From NCBI GenBank assembly GCA_963735805.1, contig CAVTMK010000002.1, positions 1,088,001 to 1,152,000 of the forward strand: DNA of 64,000 nt, read 5' to 3'. The stretch is from an uncultured Verrucomicrobiae bacterium. GTDB taxonomy: Bacteria > Verrucomicrobiota > Verrucomicrobiia > Chthoniobacterales > UBA10450. The notes under the pieces are model-generated. The model saw only the letters and a program-made list of their open reading frames with translations. It was not told where the DNA came from and did not search any database. The position numbers were made by a program, and so were the translations under genes. Positions 10,373 to 19,723 of the stretch are shown in pieces. Every line of letters starts with the position of its first letter. Within the stretch, counting starts at the first letter, position 1.

Positions 10373-11482
10373 CTATTCGCGTGTGATTCCAATGATCTTC
10401 CAGAGCTTGTACGGCTCGGTTCGCGTTGATCTGCCGTTATTGAAGCGCGGCATATTTTCAATCTGCGACGCGGTGACGTAAAGTTCGCTGTTCGGTCCCC
10501 AGCTCAATGTGTCCGGCCAGAGCAAACGCTTGTCAGCGATGATTCGACCCACGCGCTTGCTCTTGGGTTCCCATCGTACCACCGCGCTGCCTTCAAGGTC
10601 GGTTAGATAAACACTGCCATCTGGCGCTTCGAGCATCCCATCGGGTGCCGGCGTCTGCCCGACGTTTTCCACCTTCGATTCCAGTTCGCGTTTCCCAAGT
10701 TTCTCATCTGTGAGGAAACTCGTTTTGATCCGGTAAAGCGTGTGACCGGTGAGCGCGTGATAAAAGAGATAGCCGTTCTTCGAATCGAGCGCGATACCAT
10801 CAGATGCGATCTGAGGCGGCGTTTTCTTTTGCTGGTCGATTAACGGTTTGCCGTCGACTACGAGCTTAACGTCCTTTTCGGGCTGAGCGGATGAGTGGCC
10901 GTCGAGAAGCCGACGCGCTTGGCCGCTCTTAAGGTTGACAACGATAATTGCGCCTTGTCCTGATTCGGTAATGAACGCGGTGTTTGTGCGTGTGTCGATA
11001 CGAACGTCGTTGAGATAACTTTTCTTCGGCGCCACATCTTCACCGAAAGGGATAGTTTGTGCGACCTGGTTCGTCCGAAGATCAATTTTCACCAATTTCG
11101 GGCCACCCTTGACGATCTCCTGCATTTTTGGAGCTGCCGGATCAAGAACCCACAAGTTGTCCTGATCGTCGACCACCACGCTTTGGACACAGACAAAATG
11201 TGAGCCTGGAGCGCCGGTCTCGGCGCCGCGAGTTGGTCCCAAGGCGAACTTGTTCCATTCGTCGTTAGGAAAGGCTTTGGGCTGGCCGTCTACAATCTCA
11301 GCTACCGAAATGGTGTGATCGTCCGACCAGTAGGGGAAATTCACAAAGATACGGCCAGACTTTGTCGAGACGCCGACGCCGGTAATCTGTTTGTCGGGGA
11401 AACTGGCAACCTCTTGTAGCTCTGCAGCTGATGCAATTGCCCCGCTGATAAGAAAACTTGCGAGAGCGAGTTGAATTCGCAT
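10373..11482 (-). CDS. major royal jelly/yellow-like beta-propeller protein, secreted
   Basis: GRIFVNFP, VQSVVVD..DNLWVLD, SYLNDVRID, DGIAL, WPDTLSW; signal peptide. Confidence 0.88.
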   Translation of the reverse strand: MRIQLALASFLISGAIASAAELQEVASFPDKQITGVGVSTKSGRIFVNFPYWSDDHTISVAEIVDGQPKAFPNDEWNKFALGPTRGAETGAPGSHFVCVQSVVVDDQDNLWVLDPAAPKMQEIVKGGPKLVKIDLRTNQVAQTIPFGEDVAPKKSYLNDVRIDTRTNTAFITESGQGAIIVVNLKSGQARRLLDGHSSAQPEKDVKLVVDGKPLIDQQKKTPPQIASDGIALDSKNGYLFYHALTGHTLYRIKTSFLTDEKLGKRELESKVENVGQTPAPDGMLEAPDGSVYLTDLEGSAVVRWEPKSKRVGRIIADKRLLWPDTLSWGPNSELYVTASQIENMPRFNNGRSTRTEPYKLWKIIGITRE

Positions 11483-11549
11483 AAAAAGAATTCGCGGCTC
11501 CGCTCGGAACCGGATGACTGAATGTGCAGAGCTGCTGCGCTTTATGGTG

Positions 11550-12908
11550 TCAGTCAGTGACTACTGATTGTTCGGAACTCGATTTCTGCATAGGGCCTAT
11601 TCTCAGTGCAAGAAGCGCAGCGATAACTGCCAGTCCACCGAGCAGAAGAAATGCATCTGTATGGGTCCCGGTTTGTGACTTCAAAATTCCGATCAGCGCG
11701 GGTCCCGCGAATCCGCCGATATTCGCGATCATGGTGACGAGAGCTATGCCGGCCGCTGCAGCCGGCCCGGTTAGAAATTGAGTCGGCATGGACCAAAACG
11801 GTCCATAACTTGCGCAGTGGCCTAATGGGACAAGTGCGAGTGCGATAATTGCCAACACAGGCTGGTGCAACAGAGCGCATCCTACTAGGCCGATAGCCAT
11901 TACCAGTAGGGGCATCGCTATATGCTTGTCTCGCTCCTTTGTCTTGTCGGAATGGTAACTGTTCAGAAGCATAGCGAGGATAGTTACGGCACTAATCGCA
12001 CCCAGCACTAAACCTACCTTGAAGTTACTAAGTCCAGTAAGCGACTTGATAACAAGCGGCGCCCAGAAGGAGTAACCGTAAAATCCGGCTGCCACCAAAA
12101 GGAAAATGATTCCAAGCTTCCAGACAGTCCTATCGGTAAGAGCTACTCGGATATTCGGTTTCAGTAGGCAAGCTTTTCGTTCCGCGGCAAGTGTTTCTAC
12201 CAGCCAGTCGCGTTCTGTTGGCGCCAGCCAGCGCGTAGTTTCGGGTCGGTCATTCAAGTAAAAAATCACGCTGCTGCCCAGGACGACGGCTGGCAGCCCT
12301 TCCATGAAGAACAACCACTGCCAACCCTTGAGGCCATAAACACCATCCAATCCAAGCAGCGCACCCGATAATGGACCTCCTATCAGTCCGGTCACAGGAA
12401 CCGCGGTCATGAACGTTGCAATCGCGCGCGCGCGGTGGGCCGTAGGATACCATAGGCTCAGGTAGTAAATCACTCCGGGAAAGAAACCGGCTTCAGCTGC
12501 TCCAAGCAGGAACCGTAACAGGTAAAAGAGGGGAGGAGTGCGCACAAACATCAATCCCGCCGAAACCAGGCCCCACGTCACCATGATTCGCGCGATCCAA
12601 ACGCGAGCTCCTACTCGCTCCAGAATGATATTGCTCGGTATTTCAAAGAGACAATAACCAAGAAAGAAAATACCCGAACCCACACCAAACACTATTGAGC
12701 TAAACCCAAGATCGGCGTTCATTTCCAACCCTGCGAAACCGACATTCACCCGGTCCAACCAGGCGATGATGTAAAGCAGAAAGAGAAATGGGATCAGCCG
12801 CCACGTCACTTTGCGCAGTGTAACCACCGGCAGCTCGTTGGTGTCGGGTGCCCTTAAAACATTCGGGATCGGATTAGACTGTCCGCTGAAGTTTTTCACG
12901 CGTAGCAC
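11550..12908 (-). CDS. MFS transporter, anion:cation symporter-like
   Basis: LDRVNVGFA, FFLGYCLFEIPSN, GAAEAGFFPG, GWQWLFFMEGLP. Confidence 0.92.
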   Translation of the reverse strand: MLRVKNFSGQSNPIPNVLRAPDTNELPVVTLRKVTWRLIPFLFLLYIIAWLDRVNVGFAGLEMNADLGFSSIVFGVGSGIFFLGYCLFEIPSNIILERVGARVWIARIMVTWGLVSAGLMFVRTPPLFYLLRFLLGAAEAGFFPGVIYYLSLWYPTAHRARAIATFMTAVPVTGLIGGPLSGALLGLDGVYGLKGWQWLFFMEGLPAVVLGSSVIFYLNDRPETTRWLAPTERDWLVETLAAERKACLLKPNIRVALTDRTVWKLGIIFLLVAAGFYGYSFWAPLVIKSLTGLSNFKVGLVLGAISAVTILAMLLNSYHSDKTKERDKHIAMPLLVMAIGLVGCALLHQPVLAIIALALVPLGHCASYGPFWSMPTQFLTGPAAAAGIALVTMIANIGGFAGPALIGILKSQTGTHTDAFLLLGGLAVIAALLALRIGPMQKSSSEQSVVTD

Positions 12909-13004
12909 AGGTTAGACCACGAGACCCCACAGAAAGAGGACGAACTTTGCTTGCCATATAACTGGGTTTCAACTACAGATCGCGCCCTGGAAGGCAGACC
13001 GATT

Positions 13005-13715
13005 ATGTCCATAAGATTAATTCCGCTCCTCATTGCAATGATCGCCAGCGCTACGGCTATTCACGGAAGCGTTCCGATCGTCGTCGAGACCGGCGCCGGC
13101 CGGCGGACCTCGATGAACCGAGTCCATGACGCGGGAGAGGCGCTCAAGAAAGGGGATGTTGCCGCTGCCAAGCGCAACGTAGATGCGGCTCTCCAAGGCG
13201 ACCCCAAGTCGTGGCCCGCGTTGTATATGCGTGCGCAGATTTTTGCCACGCAGGGCAAATATGAGCTCGCCATTCAGGATTGTAATCAGGCGCTTCGCTT
13301 ATATCCGGGGTTCGTCGAAGTCGCTCTCCTGCGTGCAAAGATCAACGTGCGCCTTGGGAAATATGCCGAAGCCTTGAAAGAGTATAATTATCTGATCTCC
13401 CTTCACCCTAGGTCTGTCACATTGGCCCGGGCGTTGAGCGATCGAGCATGGTTTCAGGCGACGTGTTTAAACCCTTCGTTTCGCAATGGGCAACAGGCGG
13501 TCAAAGACGCGAAGGCGGCGTGCAGCATCATGGTATGGAAGGATGAAGACATGATAGACACACTCGCTGCAGCTTACGCCGAGACGGGCGACTTTGATTC
13601 TGCGGCTCGTTACGCGGCGCAGGCCCTGGCGATAAAGGAAATCGCGCCAGTCGACTCAAAACGGATTCAACAGCATCTGACGTTGTTTCAACAACACAAG
13701 CCGATTCGATCGTAA
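13005..13715 (+). CDS. secreted tetratricopeptide repeat protein
   Basis: Signal peptide from ATG 13005; TPR patterns (AIQDCNQALRLYP, DTLAAAYAETGDF). Confidence 0.85.
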   Translation: MSIRLIPLLIAMIASATAIHGSVPIVVETGAGRRTSMNRVHDAGEALKKGDVAAAKRNVDAALQGDPKSWPALYMRAQIFATQGKYELAIQDCNQALRLYPGFVEVALLRAKINVRLGKYAEALKEYNYLISLHPRSVTLARALSDRAWFQATCLNPSFRNGQQAVKDAKAACSIMVWKDEDMIDTLAAAYAETGDFDSAARYAAQALAIKEIAPVDSKRIQQHLTLFQQHKPIRS

Positions 13716-13818
13716 GACTAGGATCCGTTTCGGGACCATCACGGGTCTGCCTAACGTTGTTTTCGCCGAATCTCGATCGTCGAAGATAAGGACCGACAAT
13801 GTGAATGGGGGAGACGTC

Positions 13819-13968
13819 CTATTTACCGACGAGGATCAAAATACCGGCTGCCAGCGCCAGAATCCCAGTCACGATCACAGGGATTGCGATGTGGAGCAGA
13901 GCCATGATTCCAACAAGAATCAGGTAGATAGCAAGCAGGAGCATTCCGAGGTTTTTAGTGATGTTCAT
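13819..13968 (-). CDS. 49-aa small membrane protein (absent from ORF track)
   Basis: MNITKNLGMLLLAIYLILVGIMALLHIAIPVIVTGILALAAGILILVGK; AGAAAGAGG RBS; two hydrophobic helices. Confidence 0.75.
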   Translation of the reverse strand: MNITKNLGMLLLAIYLILVGIMALLHIAIPVIVTGILALAAGILILVGK

Positions 13969-14248
13969 GGCCTCTTTCTGAGGCATGGCCACAGGCTTTG
14001 CACGCTTAAAGTGGTAACGTTCAGCCCGGCTGAAAGACTCCAGATGGCGGCAGAGTCACCGGTGGTGCTATTAAGAAGCGCGTTAACACCGTTGGCCATG
14101 TTGGAGCCGGAGGTCGTGTTATTTAATTAAGAACGCTCCCGGATCGATAGCCGTGTTGAACTGGGCCAGTGGTTAGGTTTCGAGATCAAAATCCCAAACC
14201 CCGAAAAGCCCGCGATACGAGACCCTACCGCCAAAATGCGAAACGAGG

Positions 14249-15670
14249 TTACCCGTTCCCAATTGAGGTCGTGTAAGGAAAACCGACTTTCGATGGGACC
14301 AAGATCGCGTCACTCATTCCGTGCAGGAACTTCTTGTCTGCCGGAACGATGGTGGCCAGAGCGCCTCGTAGCTTCACGCGATTAGCTTCTACAAAAAAGT
14401 AAGGGCAAAGCCGCACGCGACCTTTTATTGTCTTTAGCTCGCCTGAATCGGGTTCCCAATACCGGTGCTCGAATAGACTACCCTTGTGAAAGCGTTGCAT
14501 GATCGTAGGTGAAGATTCGAATGTGGCCAGCGCATGGTCGATTCGTTTTTCCCATTCTGAATGGGGAAGATCTGCACCCAGCGCAATACCGCGACTACCC
14601 CAGCCAAGCGGTGAGAACCCGCTCACTTTCAAGAGAAGATCACGATCTTTCTGGCTGAACTTCGCTGCCTCGTGCCAGTCGTGAATCTCCAGGCGCGGAA
14701 TGACCGCGTGCTGCGGCAAAGGCGTCGGATCGAGCAGCCACGAGTAGGGAATCACTTCCTGCAGCCTGCTGAAATATTTGTCGCCGAGTTCGCGTCGCCA
14801 AAACTCGCGCAATGGCTGCATCCAAAAAAGGGCGAACCACATTTTTTCTTCCAGATACGGCTTGATCGGCGGTGTGATCGTGATGTGACCTTCGGCATTC
14901 GCGCGCAATGTGTTCTCGATCCCGGGAATATTTGGCAGATCGAATAGCTCGAAGAACCGATATACGGCGCGGCCGTCCTGGGGCTGATAGTTCTCAGCTG
15001 CTACAACGCGCCAGCTGTGGCTGGGGTCGGCAGATGATGGATTACCATTGGAGCCGGAGTCAGTGCCTGCGGCTACATTGGGATTCCCCGACGACGAGCT
15101 CATTTTTTGGTTCAACCGCGCGGCGATCCATTCCATTTCCGGTCGGTACGTCGCGGCCTCTTGCGAGACGACGATGTCGCCACCATTTGGCAGAACAGTG
15201 CGAAATCCGTGCAACATCCCGTCTGCACCGCCAATAATCTCGTTGTCGAATGTTGAATAGGTTTGGTTGAGCCAGCCGGTCAGACCGATTCCGCCCGGCA
15301 CGGAATCGATTTCCGCAATGATATAACCGTTTTCGGTCAGAATGAGATCTGGTCGGATCACTTGCGGTAAATCGTCGCGAATTTCCTTACGCCTGGAAAA
15401 CTCGATCAGCTCTTTTGGCTTACCGGCATCGAGATAGCGCGCCACCCAGGCGGGCTGCTTGCCCTTGATACTTAGTTGATAGAGTTGGTTACAGGACCTC
15501 TGAAAAACGAACAGTCGATGTCCGAGCTGTTCCAGTTCGGTGAGAAATTTTTTCTCGATCGGGAACGCATCAGGGGAGAGCAGCCAGTCCTTCTCCGCAA
15601 AGAGACCTTCCTTCGGGAAAGCCGCGCGAATCGCCGTCAGCCTGTCATCCTGAGTTTGCACCTCACTCAC
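14249..15670 (-). CDS. hypothetical protein, ATP-grasp/glutathionylspermidine synthase-like ligase
   Basis: IRPDLILT..AEIDSVPGG, LKVSGFS..WGSRG, MQRF; start moved to GTG 15670 because the upstream codons are heptamer repeat. Confidence 0.7.
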   Translation of the reverse strand: MSEVQTQDDRLTAIRAAFPKEGLFAEKDWLLSPDAFPIEKKFLTELEQLGHRLFVFQRSCNQLYQLSIKGKQPAWVARYLDAGKPKELIEFSRRKEIRDDLPQVIRPDLILTENGYIIAEIDSVPGGIGLTGWLNQTYSTFDNEIIGGADGMLHGFRTVLPNGGDIVVSQEAATYRPEMEWIAARLNQKMSSSSGNPNVAAGTDSGSNGNPSSADPSHSWRVVAAENYQPQDGRAVYRFFELFDLPNIPGIENTLRANAEGHITITPPIKPYLEEKMWFALFWMQPLREFWRRELGDKYFSRLQEVIPYSWLLDPTPLPQHAVIPRLEIHDWHEAAKFSQKDRDLLLKVSGFSPLGWGSRGIALGADLPHSEWEKRIDHALATFESSPTIMQRFHKGSLFEHRYWEPDSGELKTIKGRVRLCPYFFVEANRVKLRGALATIVPADKKFLHGMSDAILVPSKVGFPYTTSIGNG

Positions 15671-15675
15671 GAAAC

Positions 15676-15759
15676 AAACGTCCAGCGCTGAACGCCCGAC
15701 GTCCAACGCCGAATATATGAGCGGCTGATTTGAACATTGGACGTTGCACCTTGCGTCTT
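15676..15759. repeat. inverted pair of degenerate 7-mer tandem repeats
   Basis: AACGTCC AGCGCTG AACGCCC GACGTCC AACGCCG ... TTGAACA TTGGACG TTGCACC TTGCGTC. Confidence 0.7.
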
Positions 15760-15773
15760 CGGCTTTTTCCAGG

Positions 15774-16385
15774 TTATTTTCCGGCCGCCATCTTCTTCAG
15801 CGCAAGTTTGACCAGGTCTTCCGCTGATATTGCTTCACCCCTGTCCTGGAGCTCGCGCACCGCTTTGTGCGCGTCGATCTGTTTATAGCCAAGCGCAATC
15901 AAGGCGAGCACAGCTTCGTTGGCCTGCTCCTGTTCCGGCGTGGGCGCATGCGCTGCGCTTGCTGCTTCCCACGCCGCCGCTACGCCCAGCTTGTCTTTCA
16001 ATTCCAAAACGATTCGCTCCGCAGTTTTTTTTCCGAGCCCGCTAATCTTCGAAATTGCCGCGACATCGGAGTTCACGACCGCAGCCTTAAAATTATTGAC
16101 ACTCATTCCGCTTAATACTGCGAGTGCCAGTTTCGGCCCAATCCCGCTAACGTTGTTTACAAGTAATCGAAAAAGGTCGCGTTCGGCGGGCGTCATGAAT
16201 CCGTAAAGCAGATGTGCATCTTCGCGAATGGCCAGATGCGTAAGAATACGAATCGGCTGCCCCGGTTGCGGCAACTGGTCATAGCTGGAAAGCGGTATAA
16301 GAACTTCGTAGCCAACGCCACCGACATCGATGATCGCGTGCGTGGGCAAAGCGTTTACGAGTTTGCCGTTCAGGAAAGTGATCAT
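15774..16385 (-). CDS. ruvA: Holliday junction branch migration protein RuvA
   Basis: DVGGVGYEV, IREDAHLLYGF, VSGIGPKLAL, GLGKKTAERIVLELKDK, ALIALGY. Confidence 0.97.
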   Translation of the reverse strand: MITFLNGKLVNALPTHAIIDVGGVGYEVLIPLSSYDQLPQPGQPIRILTHLAIREDAHLLYGFMTPAERDLFRLLVNNVSGIGPKLALAVLSGMSVNNFKAAVVNSDVAAISKISGLGKKTAERIVLELKDKLGVAAAWEAASAAHAPTPEQEQANEAVLALIALGYKQIDAHKAVRELQDRGEAISAEDLVKLALKKMAAGK

Positions 16386-16390
16386 GGTGG

Positions 16391-16491
16391 ATCGTTAAAG
16401 CGTTGGAGCGATGAAGCGTTAAAGCGTTTCCAGGAATTTAGCAATTCTGCACTTAACTCTTCAACGCTTTAACTCTTCAACCGTTCAACGA
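16391..16491. repeat. inverted pair of degenerate 8-mer tandem repeats
   Basis: CGTTAAAG CGTTGGAG CGATGAAG CGTTAAAG ... TTAACTCT TCAACGCT TTAACTCT TCAACCGT TCAACG. Confidence 0.7.
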
Positions 16492-16492
16492 C

Positions 16493-18079
16493 TCATTCCG
16501 GCTTCAGCACGAGCGTGAGTTCGACCTTTTTGCCTTTCGGGATGTTGAAGCCACGTGTGGGAAAGAAGCTCCAGTCTCCGGGACGATTCGGAAAAAGCCC
16601 CTGGACCAGCGAAGTCGGGACAATGATGAAACGCGGGCCCGGGTCCGACATGAAATTGACTGCGTTCTTTTTATTGAGTCGCGTGAGAAAGGTTTTTACG
16701 CGGGAGCGAAAATACCAGACCAGGCTTGGTTCCTCGAACTCGACGGACGCAAATTGCATGTTCGGTTGCAAATGCGCCTGTGATTCCCGGAAGAGCTGAT
16801 ACGCGGGAAAAAACCGTGCGACCAGCGGTGGGACCACTAACGCGATTGCGACCCAGATACATGCAGTCGTGACAGCTACAGTCATGAACGAGGAACGAAG
16901 CCGCTCAACAGCGCGAGGCGCCTCCTTTGAGTCCTTGGGATCCGACGGCTTCGAGCTGTCAGCTTTGCCTGCCGAAGTCTCCTCTGGGATCCAATGGCGC
17001 CCAAGCAACAGCGCCAGCATGCCAAATGCGGGTAACGTGTAATGCGGCAGCTTCGTTTTAAGAAGTGAGAAAATGATGAAAATGATTGCCACTCCGGAGA
17101 AAAGGTAGCAATCGATCTTGTCACGCTTATGCCACAATCGTTTCAGGAGTGACGGCAACTTGATCGACCAGGGAAAGAAACTAGCAAATACAGTTACGAA
17201 ATAGAACGGCAGCAATAAAACATAACCGCCGAACGAGTCCAAACCGTGCCCTTCCATTGTTCCGAATGAACGGCCAATCACGTGGCGGCCGATTCCGATT
17301 CGCAAGAATTCGCCGTGCGTGTGAATCAAGGCAGGAATTCCCCATGCCGCGACAATCAGCAGCATTAGTGCGATACCACGCAGAAATTTGAATCGCTGGC
17401 GCAGTTGCAAATTGGGCGCGTAGAAAAGAGTCGATCCTACGGTTAGCAAAGGCACCCATGCGATGGGCCCCTTGGCCAGAAAGCCCAGTGCTAACGAGAT
17501 GTAGAAGAGGAACCACCAATAAGATGTCCGATGGTTGATGCTGGATGTTTGATCTGGCGTACTTGTCAGACCGTCGCGGATCAGTTCTAATCCGCTCCAA
17601 TGCGCAGTGGTGACGAATAATGCCAACCACATATCGGCGACTGCGGCCTTCGCGTGAATGAATGTTTGCAAACAGAGCGTGAAAATAATCGCCGCACGCC
17701 AACCGATGCGTCCGCTGCCAATCCTCAATCCACGGATAGGGATTGTCACCGCAATGATAGCGGCTGCTAAAGCGGAAGGAAAACGCGCTGCAAAATCGTT
17801 TTCGCCGAAGATGCGGTAACTTATCGTTTGCGCCCAGTAGGTAAGCGGTGGCTTGTCGAGACGGAGCTGGTTATTAAAGTAGGGAACAACGTAATCGCCG
17901 CGTTGGATCATCTCGCGTGACGCTTCAGCGAAGCGGGGTTCGTCGCGATCGATCAGAGGCAGACTCCAGGTGCCTGCGATGTGAAAAAGCACACAACCGA
18001 TGAAGAGGAGCGCGTGTTGAGCTACAAGCTGGAGAGACGATTGGTGATCAGTTCCCGCTAATCTGTTTTGTGCAGTCAT
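16493..18079 (-). CDS. ArnT-like (GT39/GT83) glycosyltransferase
   Basis: DRDEPRFAEASREM, DKPPLTYW, LGFLAKGP, FFPWS, TKLPHYTLP. Confidence 0.9.
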   Translation of the reverse strand: MTAQNRLAGTDHQSSLQLVAQHALLFIGCVLFHIAGTWSLPLIDRDEPRFAEASREMIQRGDYVVPYFNNQLRLDKPPLTYWAQTISYRIFGENDFAARFPSALAAAIIAVTIPIRGLRIGSGRIGWRAAIIFTLCLQTFIHAKAAVADMWLALFVTTAHWSGLELIRDGLTSTPDQTSSINHRTSYWWFLFYISLALGFLAKGPIAWVPLLTVGSTLFYAPNLQLRQRFKFLRGIALMLLIVAAWGIPALIHTHGEFLRIGIGRHVIGRSFGTMEGHGLDSFGGYVLLLPFYFVTVFASFFPWSIKLPSLLKRLWHKRDKIDCYLFSGVAIIFIIFSLLKTKLPHYTLPAFGMLALLLGRHWIPEETSAGKADSSKPSDPKDSKEAPRAVERLRSSFMTVAVTTACIWVAIALVVPPLVARFFPAYQLFRESQAHLQPNMQFASVEFEEPSLVWYFRSRVKTFLTRLNKKNAVNFMSDPGPRFIIVPTSLVQGLFPNRPGDWSFFPTRGFNIPKGKKVELTLVLKPE

Positions 18080-18187
18080 GTCGCCGTTCACTGATCAGCA
18101 GGACTTTTGTACTCGCGATTTATCGCAGTTGCGCATTCCAGCTTTGCCTTCACAATAGCCGCCTGTAAATCCGGCGGGAAATCAATT

Positions 18188-18796
18188 GTGAAGCGCAGAT
18201 CTGTTTTTTATTGGCTGATCAGCATCGTCATCGCGGCGATGGCGATCGCAATTGCATTTCATTTCGACGACGCGGTGCGCGATTTCATGGCGCAACATCA
18301 AAGCGCTGCGATGCGCGAATTCATGCGCTACGTAAGCCTGTTCGGCGACTGGCCGTCGCACGTTGTGCTCGGATTGCTCCTTCTAGGAATCGCCTGGCGA
18401 CGCCGCAGCCAAAAATGGATGCGTATCTTTTTGTCGATGGTATTGGCCATGGCGCTCGCAGGTGTTGCCGGCACTGTCACCAAGCGCGCCTTTCCACGGG
18501 CTCGCCCATCTGTGAAATCCGAGCTGCGTTGGGGCGGTCCGCGTTTCAGCACGAAGTATCACGCATTTCCCTCAGGTCACGTTGGGGCATCCGCCGCGTT
18601 TTTTTGTGTCTTGATTCTCGCACGCCGACGCGTCGGACTCGCCTGTCTGCCGATCCCAATTTTGATCGCGTTCTCTCGAATGTACCTCGGCGCGCATTAC
18701 CTGTCTGATGTTGTGTGCGCCGCAGTTCTTGGGATTTTATGTGCCGCCATTGTTTGGCGTGTTCTGGCGCGCGAACCCAGCAACCACAATGGGTGA
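18188..18796 (+). CDS. PAP2 family membrane phosphatase
   Basis: K..F.RARP, FPSGH, SRMYLGAHYLSDV; start GTG 18188 inferred. Confidence 0.9.
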   Translation: MKRRSVFYWLISIVIAAMAIAIAFHFDDAVRDFMAQHQSAAMREFMRYVSLFGDWPSHVVLGLLLLGIAWRRRSQKWMRIFLSMVLAMALAGVAGTVTKRAFPRARPSVKSELRWGGPRFSTKYHAFPSGHVGASAAFFCVLILARRRVGLACLPIPILIAFSRMYLGAHYLSDVVCAAVLGILCAAIVWRVLAREPSNHNG

Positions 18797-18878
18797 TCGC
18801 TGTTCACAGACCACATCAGACGACGCTCGTTAGAAATCGAAGAGTACGAGCAAGAGTAAGAATAAGGCTTCAAGGCGA

Positions 18879-18913
18879 GGAGGGTGGTGAGATTCGAACG
18901 TGAGTTCGAATCT
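18879..18913. repeat. partial copy of tRNA-Ser 3' end (att-like) plus an inverted T-arm copy
   Basis: GGAGGG(T)GGTGAGATTCGAAC matches 19946-19965; the overlapping CGTGAGTTCGAATCT is the tRNA sequence in opposite orientation. Confidence 0.7.
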
Positions 18914-19112
18914 GTGGCAGCCGTTTTAACTCGTTGAGCGCGGCACTTCGACGCAGCATAACGGGCGCGCATAACAACGGCTGTGAAAGTGCAACACTCT
19001 ACTCGTTAGGCGTCAATCCCGCGCGCGCGTGTCGCCATTGCACGCGGGCGCTCTTACGAAGGGTACCATTGACGCCTAATAAGAATAATAGGCGTCACGC
19101 CTCTCTAGTTTA

Positions 19113-19718
19113 TCACCTGGGAATCCCGGCGGCGAACCACGCCCCGGATCCAGCGGACCGGATGAGGAGCACCGGGCTAGTACAAGGATTCGGGGGCGCA
19201 GGCGAAAGCGTGTCGTCAATACGAAAATCGCCATCCACTTCAAGCGGGACGCCTGCAAGATTTGAGCTGTGTTGGACATTCCCGTCATTTGCGCAGAACA
19301 GCGTCGCAAAAACGCTCTGGTTGGCGTTGCTTCCGACGGCATTGCCTGAGCCCAGAAGGAGGCCCCGGCCGTTGAGTCGGATCCTCCCGTCCTGCTTCAC
19401 GTCGGCTGCAAGGTCCTGGATCACCCAGATCTGGCCAGCGGCTACGACGCCTCGCACCGTGGTATTTGTTGAACCAGTGGGAATAACGCCGATCCCTCCA
19501 CCGAACCTGACCAAGTTCTGGGCCAGGGGCGAGTTCTGGACCAGGGCTGTGTTCTGCGCCAGGGCCGATTGAGCAATGGCTACCATGACGAAAATTACGC
19601 CACCGACAGCGAGTGACGTGCCTAAAAAGGAACGGCGCCTGATAGTGCGTTTCGCCGATTTGGGATTTGATGTCGACATGCTGAATAATGATGCTGAGAG
19701 TCTCTTCATAGGGTTCAT
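19113..19718 (-). CDS. Tat-exported hypothetical protein
   Basis: RRRSFLG twin-arginine motif, hydrophobic stretch, ALA cleavage site; two Cys in mature part. Confidence 0.75.
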   Translation of the reverse strand: MNPMKRLSASLFSMSTSNPKSAKRTIRRRSFLGTSLAVGGVIFVMVAIAQSALAQNTALVQNSPLAQNLVRFGGGIGVIPTGSTNTTVRGVVAAGQIWVIQDLAADVKQDGRIRLNGRGLLLGSGNAVGSNANQSVFATLFCANDGNVQHSSNLAGVPLEVDGDFRIDDTLSPAPPNPCTSPVLLIRSAGSGAWFAAGIPR

Positions 19719-19723
19719 AGTGC

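Noticed and set aside
13801..14130. ORF-track protein on the + strand
   Set aside because: Antisense shadow of the 49-aa membrane protein gene on the minus strand.
18956..19011. Integron attC site (GCATAAC...GTTAGGC)
   Set aside because: Borderline short, no convincing inner L-box pairing, no cassette array and no intI.
18934..19572. Long overlapping ORFs (also 2938..3558, 40994..41539, 60209..60802)
   Set aside because: Antisense or alternate-frame shadows of better-supported genes, with no recognisable motifs.
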